Assembly (NCBI GenBank): GCA_016187565.1
Contig: JACPJR010000013.1
Span: 8,391-72,390 of the forward strand
From: Candidatus Woesearchaeota archaeon
GTDB taxonomy: Archaea > Nanobdellota > Nanobdellia > Woesearchaeales > JACPJR01
DNA: 64,000 bases
Reading direction: 5' to 3'
The notes beneath the pieces are model-generated. The model was not told where the DNA came from. It did not search any database and was given only the letters and a program-made list of their open reading frames with translations. This document shows positions 27,246 through 36,344 of the stretch, in pieces; the first letter of the stretch is position 1; every line of letters begins with the position of its first letter. The translations under genes and the position numbers were made by a program.

Positions 27246-28262
27246 CTATAACGCATGATAAAGAAACGTGCCGTTATGTTCTTCTCTCCTTGCCTGACCA
27301 TTTTCTTCAAACATTTCAAGATTTCCAATGACCTCTGCCAATGCAAGGAAAGATTCATCTGCACTAAAACGGGACTTACCATTAAGCCTCTCAGCAAAAA
27401 GTTCATGCACGATATCAGCAGCTGTTTTTCCGGTACTTCCTCTCAGAAGCCCGATGATAGCATCTGCTCTTTTTGCATGATGCGCTTTTACAAAATCAAT
27501 ATATGCTCTATGATCTTCAATAGGGTCTCCATGCCCCGGAAGAGCTGTTCCTAAATCCCTGCTACAGAGGGTGTCTAAAGTAGCAAGAAACGCCTTTAAT
27601 CCTCTATCGCTGTTTCCACCACTAAAAAAAGGATTTGGTGTTTTGTCCCTCCAAAACGTATCACCACAGAGAAAGTATGGACCAACCAATAATCCAATGG
27701 AATCCTCAGTATGGCCAGGACAATGGATAATTTCTCCACCCAAGGTATCATCATAGCCTTGATTAACTGTTCTTATCCGTGTTGTATCAACCGTAGAACC
27801 ATAGCGAGTATATCCTTCAAAGATACGAGCAACATGACTTACCACCCTTGGAGCGAAACCTGCACCTTTGAAAATAGTTTCATAGGGCGTATAGGCATCT
27901 CCCTGCTCAGTGGGAACCAAATACCTTCTTCCATGACGATGGACAATAACTTTCGGACCAAACTCGTTGACAATGTAGGCTGCCAATCCACGATGATCAA
28001 AATGATGATGGGTCAGAACAAGAGCATCAAGAGAAGTAACTCCCAAGCTTGCTAAGCCCTGGGTAAGGTGTTGTTGTGCTTCCGCATCATTAGGACCAGC
28101 ATCAACTAAGGTCGTATGGTCATTATGCCTTATCAGATAAACATTGACTGGACCAACCCCAAATGGCGTGGGCAGGATTATTCGTGAAACAGAAATGCCA
28201 GTCGAGCTATAGGTTACTATAGTTTCGCTTGCTGAAGTTTGAAAACTGCTTTGATAGCTCAT
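27246..28262 (-). CDS. MBL-fold metallo-hydrolase
   Basis: HHHFDHRG metal motif and downstream GHT/GH residues. Start reset to ATG 28262, because the track ORF start (28361) runs into tRNA-His. Confidence 0.85.
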   Translation of the reverse strand: MSYQSSFQTSASETIVTYSSTGISVSRIILPTPFGVGPVNVYLIRHNDHTTLVDAGPNDAEAQQHLTQGLASLGVTSLDALVLTHHHFDHRGLAAYIVNEFGPKVIVHRHGRRYLVPTEQGDAYTPYETIFKGAGFAPRVVSHVARIFEGYTRYGSTVDTTRIRTVNQGYDDTLGGEIIHCPGHTEDSIGLLVGPYFLCGDTFWRDKTPNPFFSGGNSDRGLKAFLATLDTLCSRDLGTALPGHGDPIEDHRAYIDFVKAHHAKRADAIIGLLRGSTGKTAADIVHELFAERLNGKSRFSADESFLALAEVIGNLEMFEENGQARREEHNGTFLYHAL

Positions 28263-28331
28263 GGTATCCGCCTTTGGAAAAGGTTTTTCATGTGCGTTAA
28301 CATTACTATTGATGAGGTCATAAGAATAGAG

Positions 28332-28425
28332 GGCGGTAAAGGGGAATCGAACCCCTTCCACAGGATTTCTGCAAGATGTAAATGGTTGCCACAGTCCCGT
28401 ATTCTACCATTAAACTACTACCGCC
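28332..28425 (-). tRNA. tRNA-His (GTG) with encoded G-1 and a 22-nt canonical intron
   Basis: Minus strand G-GCGGTAG...CGGGA CTGTGG[CAACCATTTACATCTTGCAGAA]A TCCTG...AGGGGTTCGATTCCCCT TTACCGC C. The extra 5' G opposite discriminator C is the His identity element. Confidence 0.85.
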
Positions 28426-28581
28426 ACTATACGGCATCACAAATGCGAGGCTCTGGAAGGGCAAGATAACTTATAAATCTTTTTGTTTTTCTCTATAACG
28501 GGGCTCATAATCACTCCTGAATAAAAAGGTAAAACCGTTAAAATCAAAATATTTAAGAGTGAGGAGCACTTTTCGTCATGA

Positions 28582-29121
28582 ATGCATGCCAAAGAAGTTG
28601 CCATGGTCATTGCCGTAGCCCTGCTTGGAGCACTTTTTGTCGGGCTTTTCTTCGATGCTATCTATGAATCTCCATCCTATGAAGAATACTGCAAAGAAAC
28701 CTTTGTTCCAAAACCAATGCCGTACCAAGAATGCCAGACCAACACAACACCAGAAGATCAAGCAGCAGCAGAGCAATGTTATCGTGACAATGGCTTTCCA
28801 GAATATAATGATGATGCCCGTGGCTGTCCGAACAGCTTTGCATCATGTAATTTCTGTCAAAAAGAATTTAACCTCGCAAACCAGATCTATAACCGTAACT
28901 TATTCTTGATTATTGCACCGCTCGGCGTCCTTGCTATTGTCGTGGGACTCTTCCTTAGCTATGAGGTTATTGGAACCGGATTTATGTTTAGCGGCATCCT
29001 TTTAGTAGCCTATGCCACCATGCGATACTTTTCAGAGATGAGTAAGCTAATGCGAGCAGTCGTTATTTTCATTGAGTTGCTCATATTAATCGTTATTAGT
29101 ATCAAAAAACTCAAGAAATAG
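28582..29121 (+). CDS. Hypothetical membrane protein with Cys-rich extracytoplasmic loop
   Basis: 179 aa with an N-terminal TM, a 6-Cys loop (YCKE...ECQT...QCYRD...GCPNSFASCNFCQ), and 3 C-terminal TM helices. Confidence 0.7.
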   Translation: MHAKEVAMVIAVALLGALFVGLFFDAIYESPSYEEYCKETFVPKPMPYQECQTNTTPEDQAAAEQCYRDNGFPEYNDDARGCPNSFASCNFCQKEFNLANQIYNRNLFLIIAPLGVLAIVVGLFLSYEVIGTGFMFSGILLVAYATMRYFSEMSKLMRAVVIFIELLILIVISIKKLKK

Positions 29122-29158
29122 TTTATAGAAAGAATAAACGACGCTCTGGAGTGAACCC

Positions 29159-29407
29159 TTATTGTTCATCCTTATGATAAATCTCCAAAAAAATGATTTT
29201 ATCTTGCTCCTTTATAAATACATAGGATAACCGAAATGGAGCAACATAGAGTTCCCTTGTGCCTTTTCTTTCATATCTCATTGGCTTACCGATTTCCGGA
29301 TTATCAATGATCTTCTTGATTTGCTTTTTTATATGATCCTTTAACGAACTATTTCTTATTTTTTGTATTCTTCTCTCAAATAGAATACTAAACTCAACCG
29401 TTACCAT
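29159..29407 (-). CDS. RelE/ParE-family type II toxin
   Basis: 82 aa with IKKQIKKIIDNPEIGKPMRYERKGTRELYVAPFRLSYVF...IIFLEIYHKDE. Overlaps the upstream antitoxin by 7 nt. Confidence 0.8.
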   Translation of the reverse strand: MVTVEFSILFERRIQKIRNSSLKDHIKKQIKKIIDNPEIGKPMRYERKGTRELYVAPFRLSYVFIKEQDKIIFLEIYHKDEQ

Positions 29408-29679
29408 TTTTCAAGTTCTTTTAAGAAATCCTTGGCACTCATACTTCTAAATTCTCCTTTCTCATAAGCCTTCCATGCTTCTTCGGTTCTTCTCGCAAAT
29501 TCTATATCCTCTAATAGATTTTTTTCCAAGGTGCTTACTTTTTTCATAATAAGCTGATCTTTACTTTGAATGATAATCAGTTTTTCACCTTCTTGAATAT
29601 ATCTTCTCATATTGGCAGGTATGACAACCTGACCCTTTGAGCTCATTTTAGTTATAGCAACTTCCACAGGGATCACCAA
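29401..29679 (-). CDS. AbrB/SpoVT-type antitoxin
   Basis: TKMSSKGQVVIPANMRRYI swapped-hairpin motif. The start is ambiguous (TTG 29679, GTG 29676 or ATG 29646). Confidence 0.75.
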   Translation of the reverse strand: MVIPVEVAITKMSSKGQVVIPANMRRYIQEGEKLIIIQSKDQLIMKKVSTLEKNLLEDIEFARRTEEAWKAYEKGEFRSMSAKDFLKELEKW

Positions 29680-29696
29680 CGTAAGAATAGTCTTAC

Positions 29697-30467
29697 TTAT
29701 ATATAAACGTTTCTTTTAGCAAGCGTACACGTTTGATTCCACAATTCACGAATAACTCGTTCTGCTAAGGGCTTTAAATTAAGAACATCTTCTTCATTAT
29801 AACGAATCAAGAGATCAAGATAACGCTCTTCACCAGTAGACTGCCATTGCTGCCACAGAGCAACTGCATCAATACCATGGACACTCATAAGCTCTGGAGG
29901 ACGGGAGATGGCTACTTGTTGCTCAATAGCTTTTAATCCACCAACCAGACCAACTCTGCTACAGACATGACGAAGATCAATGTGGGGTATTGTTGGAATA
30001 ACTTTTCCGAAATAACGATCAAGAACTGGGAGATCAAACGAAGATCCATTGAAAGTAATAAGAAGCTTGTATTGCTGGAGCGTTCTTACAAGCAATTCCT
30101 TGTTGAGGTTACATCCCTTGACCATGGTCTTGGTTTCTTTGCCATCGTACAGGCCAATAACCGTAACATCACCGTAATAGCCAGAAGTTTCAATATCTAA
30201 AAAAAGTGCTTCTCCACGAAATTTTTCGTATAGTCTCCAATAATCCCTCTTTGGAAGATGTTGGGCAAAGAAGCTTATCTCTTCTGCTCTTAATGATTCT
30301 TGTGCTTTAGCTAATCCATGATCCAAGAATTGTTTACGAAGCGGAGAAATCCCTTGAATCTGCTTGGCCTGAAGAAAATCATCCCAGTGTAAGATACCTT
30401 CCTTCCAGAGCTGCTGCTCTTTACGGTAGCCGATGCCATCCAAAAGAATAAAGCTGTGCGTAATCAT
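29697..30467 (-). CDS. RNase H-fold 3'-5' exonuclease-like protein (YprB/COG3359-like)
   Basis: 256 aa with LFLDIETSGYYGD (Exo I-like DxE), ITFNGSSFDLPVL and NEEDVLNL. The ATGA overlap with the upstream DHH gene suggests translational coupling. Confidence 0.75.
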   Translation of the reverse strand: MITHSFILLDGIGYRKEQQLWKEGILHWDDFLQAKQIQGISPLRKQFLDHGLAKAQESLRAEEISFFAQHLPKRDYWRLYEKFRGEALFLDIETSGYYGDVTVIGLYDGKETKTMVKGCNLNKELLVRTLQQYKLLITFNGSSFDLPVLDRYFGKVIPTIPHIDLRHVCSRVGLVGGLKAIEQQVAISRPPELMSVHGIDAVALWQQWQSTGEERYLDLLIRYNEEDVLNLKPLAERVIRELWNQTCTLAKRNVYI

Positions 30468-31789
30468 GAACTAGCAACCTCATACTCCCTTCGCCGTCGC
30501 TTTAATTCTTCCAGAAGGCCTATTTTACGAATGTCAAATTCGAGTTGTATCTGCACAGGAAGCTGTTCTTGAGAAATATTCCTTTCCTGAGTATGGCTCG
30601 TAGCACCAGCTGCTCGTATATGACCTCCACCACCTAAACGCTGCATAAGTTTTCCCACATCAACATCACTACTTCTGGCCTCAATACTGAAAACCAGCTC
30701 TCTATCAACGAGCTTGGGTTGAAAGAAGATAACCGTACCGTTAAAATCCTGAAAATCAGCAACACGACCTTTATGGAGACGGTAAAGAGTCACATAATTC
30801 ACAAACGAGTATGATAAATCTCTGGGAACAATGCCCTCTGTGGAGTCATAGAGCAATCCAAAAACAACCTTCGGAGCAGAGGTACCATTACCAAAAGATT
30901 CCTCACAAAAATACGGCTTATTTCTTTCTCTGTTTCTTCCCTGAAAACGCTGATACCATGACCGCATCATTTGGTCAGCACGCTGGAATTCATCATGAGA
31001 AAAAATCCTTGATGCTGCATCTCCCAAATGACATGCCCTGAGAAGATGCTCTGTTGTATCAACACGGCGCATATTGAGCGCATAGGACAATCGCACCACG
31101 GTTTCACGATTAAATAAAGGATTCCCCATGATCTCACCATAGGGTGTGTCAGGACTACGGGGAAGACCATCACTGTACATCCCTAAGACAAGAAGCCAAC
31201 TATGGGCACGATGCCATGCAGTAACATGCTGCTTTCTCTCATTGAAGTGTTGGTAAAGCATGGCCATGGCAAGTTGATAGGTGAGGACGGCACTACACGT
31301 ACTATAACCAGGAACTTCGTTAACGGTCTCTGGATGGATGACATATGCATGAGGTTTTGCTTCACCACCACGGAGAGGATCATGCTCTTGTAATACCTTA
31401 CCCATTTCTCCGAGAGGATGATGATCAACAAGAATAAGACCCTCAATACCCCCACACTCCGATTGTCCCTGATCAAATAATCGCTGAAGAACTGGATTCC
31501 CATCTCCTGAGAGATAATTATCAAGGCTAACAATAACTGAATGGCGACGCATGTCATCAAAGGAGATGTCTCGTAAAGGACCAAAAGAAAAATGAAGGTT
31601 GCGTGGATTACCCCCTATTGCTTCATAGGCTTTGGTAAAAATACCATACGAGGTTTTACCATCGCCATCAGAATCCGCAACAACAAAAACAGAACCATCA
31701 GTATGAATAGTACGAGCTAAAAGCTCATAGCATCGCGAAGCATACGGCGCTATTTCAGGTTTCATCAACAATAACCAAGGTATTGCCAT
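30464..31789 (-). CDS. DHH/DHHA1-family phosphoesterase (RecJ/GAN-like)
   Basis: 441 aa with motif I VVADSDGDGKTS, motif III LVDHHP and the DHHA1 motif GGGGHIRAAGA. Confidence 0.8.
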   Translation of the reverse strand: MAIPWLLLMKPEIAPYASRCYELLARTIHTDGSVFVVADSDGDGKTSYGIFTKAYEAIGGNPRNLHFSFGPLRDISFDDMRRHSVIVSLDNYLSGDGNPVLQRLFDQGQSECGGIEGLILVDHHPLGEMGKVLQEHDPLRGGEAKPHAYVIHPETVNEVPGYSTCSAVLTYQLAMAMLYQHFNERKQHVTAWHRAHSWLLVLGMYSDGLPRSPDTPYGEIMGNPLFNRETVVRLSYALNMRRVDTTEHLLRACHLGDAASRIFSHDEFQRADQMMRSWYQRFQGRNRERNKPYFCEESFGNGTSAPKVVFGLLYDSTEGIVPRDLSYSFVNYVTLYRLHKGRVADFQDFNGTVIFFQPKLVDRELVFSIEARSSDVDVGKLMQRLGGGGHIRAAGATSHTQERNISQEQLPVQIQLEFDIRKIGLLEELKRRRREYEVASS

Positions 31790-31903
31790 TCTTAATACTC
31801 AAATTTCTCTGTTTCAGGTTATTCATTTGTCGTGCTCATGGTTATGATTCACACCACTTATTCGCCGATCAGAGATGATCCATGACATTATTCGTTCATC
31901 AAA

Positions 31904-32611
31904 TCATTCGACGGTATAATATAATCTCCGGTTGTTTTTTCCTTTGTTTTCAGCCTTCACAAAGGTAATCGTACCAATCTCACGAGTATAGTGAACATGC
32001 GTGCCACCATCTGCCTGGGTATCAACATCCCCTATCTGTACTATTCTCAGTTCTTTAACCATAGGAGGTAAAACTCCTGCAAGTTTTATCATGCTTGGAT
32101 CTTGAAGTGCTTGTTCTCTTTCCATAAAAGTGATAGAAACAGGAACGTCTCGCTTGGTAGCAGCGTCAGCTTCTGCAACATACCGTGCTAGTTTCTCCTT
32201 ATCAAATTCGTCCATATTATAATCAATACGACTCTTATCAATTCCTAATTGATTACCAGTAATCAATGCGCCATGTGTGGTGTGGAGTACAGCACTAATA
32301 ATATGAGCTGCGGTATGCATACGCATGAGTCTATATCGCCTCTCCCAATCAATCTTCCCTGAAATCCTGTCTCCCATCTGTAATCCTGGTTTATCAACCT
32401 GATGGATAATCTGGCCATCTGCTTTGGTAACCAAAACAACACGATAGACTGTTCCATCTGTTGTTGTTAAGGTACCTTCATCATGGGGCTGGCCTCCACT
32501 GTTCGGGTAAAAGGCAGTCTGATCAAGCACGCAAGAGGTTGGATTGTTGAGAGCGGCAACTGTAGCGTGAAATTCCTGAAGATACGCATCAGTCATGTAC
32601 AATGGATTCAT
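31904..32611 (-). CDS. alaX: Alanyl-tRNA editing protein AlaX-M
   Basis: 235 aa with the zinc motifs HTAAHIIS and GGTHV, plus an N-terminal beta-barrel-like region. Confidence 0.9.
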   Translation of the reverse strand: MNPLYMTDAYLQEFHATVAALNNPTSCVLDQTAFYPNSGGQPHDEGTLTTTDGTVYRVVLVTKADGQIIHQVDKPGLQMGDRISGKIDWERRYRLMRMHTAAHIISAVLHTTHGALITGNQLGIDKSRIDYNMDEFDKEKLARYVAEADAATKRDVPVSITFMEREQALQDPSMIKLAGVLPPMVKELRIVQIGDVDTQADGGTHVHYTREIGTITFVKAENKGKNNRRLYYTVE

Positions 32612-32701
32612 GGTTCGGTGGGAAAGAGACTCAGTTTTAATAAGTTTCGCTCAAAAGGCAGAAGGAAAAGAGACGCACATAAACAACCGAGAATAAACCA
32701 T

Positions 32702-32797
32702 CTATAATAGAGGACAATAGTATTTAATATGTTTTTTCCTCTATTATATACTAGAAAACCTAACAAATAATATTAAAAATGTAGGTTTTCTATTATA
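32702..32797 (+). repeat. About 95-nt double-hairpin repeat, copy B
   Basis: Same orientation as, and near-identical to, 17282-17376. Confidence 0.85.
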
Positions 32798-32814
32798 AAA
32801 CAGGGTAGAACGGG

Positions 32815-33873
32815 TTATTTCCCAGCAATACGTTCTTGAACCCCCTGTGGGGCTATGGCATAATGATGATAGTTTCCCCAACAGTATCCTCGTCGGGAAT
32901 CCCATTCAGGACCAAAATCAGCAGTCTGAACCATCCCCTTTTCTAAGATACGAAAATCCATTCCAAAAAGGTCTTTTCCATGTCGGACTGCAGGTGTTGT
33001 TGCAAAGAATGCTTCGACTGCTTCCTTTGCTGCTAAGGGAACACAGTCGCGGATGGTGACCCGCCCATCCGGCCATATTCTCACGTAAGATCCATCTCTG
33101 GAAAGAGAACGGCGTTTTTTCAGATCAGATGAATCCAACATTCCTTCAACATGAGCAACCAAGGCATCAACATCAGGATCTATTGCCCGCCTTCCGTTAA
33201 GAGCAGCATGAGCCACATTGGCACCATACTTCGAGTCACCAGACTTCGGGTCTAATCGTAAGGGGTTTGCTTCAATGAGCGCTAAGATTTCAGGAGAAGA
33301 GCGTGTCTGAACAAACAAAACCGTGTAAAGATCATCGCGACTACTGTCTTTCAACTCAACTCCTTGAGTTCTTGCATACTGGGTAAGACCGTCGGGAAAG
33401 ACATGCCCATAGGTTGGGAATGAATGACAAAAAGGAATAGATCCTGTTTCTCCCCCAGTTCTTCCTGCATTTGGCGTTGCTGCGAGTACGCGGAAATAGT
33501 CCTTGAGGTGATCAAGATCTGTCGACGGTAAACGCAACCTCTCGTCATAACCCCCAAGATCATCAGAACTATCAGGAACTGTATAAACCATCCTTGCAGC
33601 TGAAGACCCATAGACAGGGAGACTTGGAGGAACAATGGAGTGAACAAAGTCAAAAAAAGCACGGGTACGAGCACGGTCTTGTTCAGGAACCGAAGAGAGG
33701 TATGCATTGAAACGATCTGGATCAAAAGATAACGGAGTTTGAGCTACATCAGACAAATCTCCGGCAATAGAGGATCCAGCAACATCAGAAACATCCGTAG
33801 AAGCAAGAACAACAGAGCTTTCTCCAGGCTTAAATAACCGTCCTATACATTCCAAAAGTTTTTCAAGCGCCAT
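32815..33873 (-). CDS. Hypothetical protein (orphan, Ala/Asp/Arg/Gly/Ser-rich)
   Basis: ATG at 33873 is preceded by GAGGAG. The track start at 33975 would overlap nth. No recognisable motif. Confidence 0.7.
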   Translation of the reverse strand: MALEKLLECIGRLFKPGESSVVLASTDVSDVAGSSIAGDLSDVAQTPLSFDPDRFNAYLSSVPEQDRARTRAFFDFVHSIVPPSLPVYGSSAARMVYTVPDSSDDLGGYDERLRLPSTDLDHLKDYFRVLAATPNAGRTGGETGSIPFCHSFPTYGHVFPDGLTQYARTQGVELKDSSRDDLYTVLFVQTRSSPEILALIEANPLRLDPKSGDSKYGANVAHAALNGRRAIDPDVDALVAHVEGMLDSSDLKKRRSLSRDGSYVRIWPDGRVTIRDCVPLAAKEAVEAFFATTPAVRHGKDLFGMDFRILEKGMVQTADFGPEWDSRRGYCWGNYHHYAIAPQGVQERIAGK

Positions 33874-33923
33874 AATCTCCTCAGAAGATGGAGAAACATA
33901 AAAAAGATATAAATGTTTCTGTG

Positions 33924-34583
33924 TTACCTTGATCTTAAAACTCCTTTTCTCGGACAATATACACGGATCATGCATTTACTGCACAAAGGGCTCAGGGGTT
34001 TGCATATACTCTGCCCATGGCGAACCATCAGTTCATTGATATTTTGCCATTGTTCACGTGGAACACATGTTCGTAAAGCAAACTCTGTTTCATGTGGCGT
34101 CCTTGTGTTTACCCATCCTAAACGGTTGGTAATACGATGAACGTGGGTGTCAACGGCTATGCCATCCTTGCCATAACCAAAGGTAATAACGATATTAGCG
34201 GTCTTTCTTCCAACGCCATGAAAAGTGAGGAGCTCTTCAATAGTGTCAGGAACTTTTCCTTGATATTCGTTCATGAGTTTTTGACAAATGCCAAGAATAG
34301 TTTTTGCTTTTGTGCGATAAAAACCAACAGGATAGATAGTTTGTGCAATAGTTTCTTCTAAAAGTTTCAACATTTTCGTAGGGGTCTCTGCTAACTGAAA
34401 AAGAGCAGCAGCTCGTGGATAAGTGACCTCATCTCGTGTTCGCAAACTCATAATGCAGGCAATCAAAACCTTGAAAGGATCTTTATGATGCGCAACACCA
34501 AACCAGTCGGTAGTGTAATGCTTTTTAAGAATTGTAAGAATCTTTGTAATAGTCTCTGGTTGTATGGTTTTTGAGGGTTTCAT
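33924..34583 (-). CDS. nth: Endonuclease III (HhH-GPD DNA glycosylase with 4Fe-4S cluster)
   Basis: HhH LLTFHGVGRKTANIV, catalytic region VDTHVHR, and C-terminal CKPLSPLCSKCMIRVYC. The track start at 34610 is TTG; the ATG is at 34583. Confidence 0.92.
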   Translation of the reverse strand: MKPSKTIQPETITKILTILKKHYTTDWFGVAHHKDPFKVLIACIMSLRTRDEVTYPRAAALFQLAETPTKMLKLLEETIAQTIYPVGFYRTKAKTILGICQKLMNEYQGKVPDTIEELLTFHGVGRKTANIVITFGYGKDGIAVDTHVHRITNRLGWVNTRTPHETEFALRTCVPREQWQNINELMVRHGQSICKPLSPLCSKCMIRVYCPRKGVLRSR

Positions 34584-34606
34584 AACACATTCTTTACGAT
34601 AATTAT

Positions 34607-35260
34607 TCAAAATTCTGATAAACTTTTCTGTTCTTTTGCTTGGACAATGTGCTTATAGGTCTGCCAACTCTTTCTCACAAAATCATACTGATCATGAGAA
34701 TGCTGCAGAAACTGTTGGGTAAGAGGATCACTGGTGTACCCTGAACCAAAATCAACCCCATAATGCTGCTTCAGCTTTTGGATTGCACGGTCTCGAGTAA
34801 CTTTCGCAAGGATAGATGCTGCGCTCACCAAAGGATAGATGAGATCTGCTTTGTGGGCTGTAATGATTTCCATCTCATGGTTATGTTGTTTTTGAAGTTG
34901 GCCATGAATGAGGCGTTGATATGCCTGGAGGTTTGGTGAGGGACAATCAACAATTGCTTTCTGGGGCCTCAAGTGAGCAAGGAGTTCAACGGTTTTCATC
35001 GCTTCAAGATCATTGAGCTGATTTTTCGACACTGCAGCGTCAATTTCTTGAGGACTGACTTCAATAAGATGATAATGAACACGTGCAATGATTTTTGCAA
35101 AAAGCTCTTCCCGTTGCATTGGCCGTAATAACTTTGAATCCTTCACGCCAAGCTCTTGTAACTGTGCAATCTCTTCTTCTGGAATACAAACCCCACAGAT
35201 CACTAAATTCCCGATAATACAACCCCTTCCCGCTTCATCAATCCCACAGATAAGGACCAT
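34607..35260 (-). CDS. rnhB: Ribonuclease HII
   Basis: GIDEAGRGCIIG, VKDSKLL, and HKADLIYPLVSAASILAK motifs. Confidence 0.93.
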   Translation of the reverse strand: MVLICGIDEAGRGCIIGNLVICGVCIPEEEIAQLQELGVKDSKLLRPMQREELFAKIIARVHYHLIEVSPQEIDAAVSKNQLNDLEAMKTVELLAHLRPQKAIVDCPSPNLQAYQRLIHGQLQKQHNHEMEIITAHKADLIYPLVSAASILAKVTRDRAIQKLKQHYGVDFGSGYTSDPLTQQFLQHSHDQYDFVRKSWQTYKHIVQAKEQKSLSEF

Positions 35261-35363
35261 ACCATATGCAACGACGGGGCATTATATAAGATTTCTGTTC
35301 TTAACAACGTGCTACGTCATAAAAATCGTAAGGTTTATATATACAGATACTAGTATACGAAAT

Positions 35364-35993
35364 ATGGCATTCTGGTGGATGGAAGATCCTGCGCAAGAAC
35401 CTGCATCATGGACATTACTAGCTGCAAAATGGAGAGTACGGCATATCGGCATCCTCAATTTGAAGGAATTTTACCGAATGATGCATGACTGGTTTGTGGA
35501 GCTTGAATATGGAACCTTTGAGGATAAAAAGTTTGCCGAAAGCCTTATGTGGGAGGAACGTTCCCAGCAATATGGCAGGACAATTTGGTTTTGGTGGCGT
35601 GGAAAGTTCATACCCCAAAAAAGCAGCTTTCACCGGAGAGCACTTCACATCGAATGTAACTGTGTGAATATCCAGGACAAAGAAATTATTCGCGAAGGGA
35701 AAAAATACAAAGTCCAATCAGGAGAGGTAAATGTCTATTGCAAGTCAATATTAGAATCTGACTACACGGGTGCATGGAAAAAAAATTGGCTCATGAAAAA
35801 CCTCCAAGAGATCTACTGGAGGAGGATGGTCCACAGAACCTTCCAAGAGCACCGTCTCCGTGTCATGGAAGATGCTGATAATTTAAAGGAAACCGTTAAA
35901 CAATTCTTTAACCTTACACTCTGGGAGGAAAGACCCAAAGCATTTTTCCCACCAAAAGCAATTACGAGACTAGGAGATACAGCACGAGAATAA
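35364..35993 (+). CDS. Hypothetical Trp-rich protein (orphan)
   Basis: 209 aa from ATG 35364 (MAFWWMEDPAQEP...). The track ORF start at 35088 lies antisense inside rnhB and is rejected. Confidence 0.6.
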   Translation: MAFWWMEDPAQEPASWTLLAAKWRVRHIGILNLKEFYRMMHDWFVELEYGTFEDKKFAESLMWEERSQQYGRTIWFWWRGKFIPQKSSFHRRALHIECNCVNIQDKEIIREGKKYKVQSGEVNVYCKSILESDYTGAWKKNWLMKNLQEIYWRRMVHRTFQEHRLRVMEDADNLKETVKQFFNLTLWEERPKAFFPPKAITRLGDTARE

Positions 35994-36011
35994 AAAAAGA
36001 TCTTGGGTATT

Positions 36012-36344
36012 TTATCTTTTAAAGATTTCACAAAACTTATTTTCAATGAATTTTATTTTTTCTTGTTTTAAATTTCCAACTTTATAATCAATTCGTGAAT
36101 GATGAATAGTAAACAAGGTTGTTGGCCTGATAAAACTATCATGCTTCAATGCTCCTTTTTGAAAATCGTCTTTGGTTATTGATATTATATCCGGATCTGG
36201 TCTTTTTTTACTTGTTATCTGGCATAGGATTAGATTTTCATCAGTAGTGTTAGCTACCACTAAAGCAGGTCTTTTCTTTGATTCATCCGTATCTGAAAAT
36301 GGAAATTGAAATACTACAATATCGCCTTTTACAAATCCTTCCAT
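36012..36344 (-). CDS. MazF/PemK-family type II toxin endoribonuclease
   Basis: GDIVVFQFPFSDTDESKKRPALVVA...ILCQITSK pattern. Overlaps the upstream antitoxin by 16 nt. Confidence 0.82.
   Translation of the reverse strand: MEGFVKGDIVVFQFPFSDTDESKKRPALVVANTTDENLILCQITSKKRPDPDIISITKDDFQKGALKHDSFIRPTTLFTIHHSRIDYKVGNLKQEKIKFIENKFCEIFKR

Noticed and set aside
28263-28361. N-terminal extension of the MBL hydrolase ORF
   Set aside because: It overlaps tRNA-His (28332-28425). An internal ATG at 28262 gives a normal MBL N-terminus.
35088-35363. N-terminal 92 codons of the 301-aa track ORF
   Set aside because: They lie antisense within rnhB coding sequence. A well-placed ATG at 35364, after the rnhB start, gives an independent gene.
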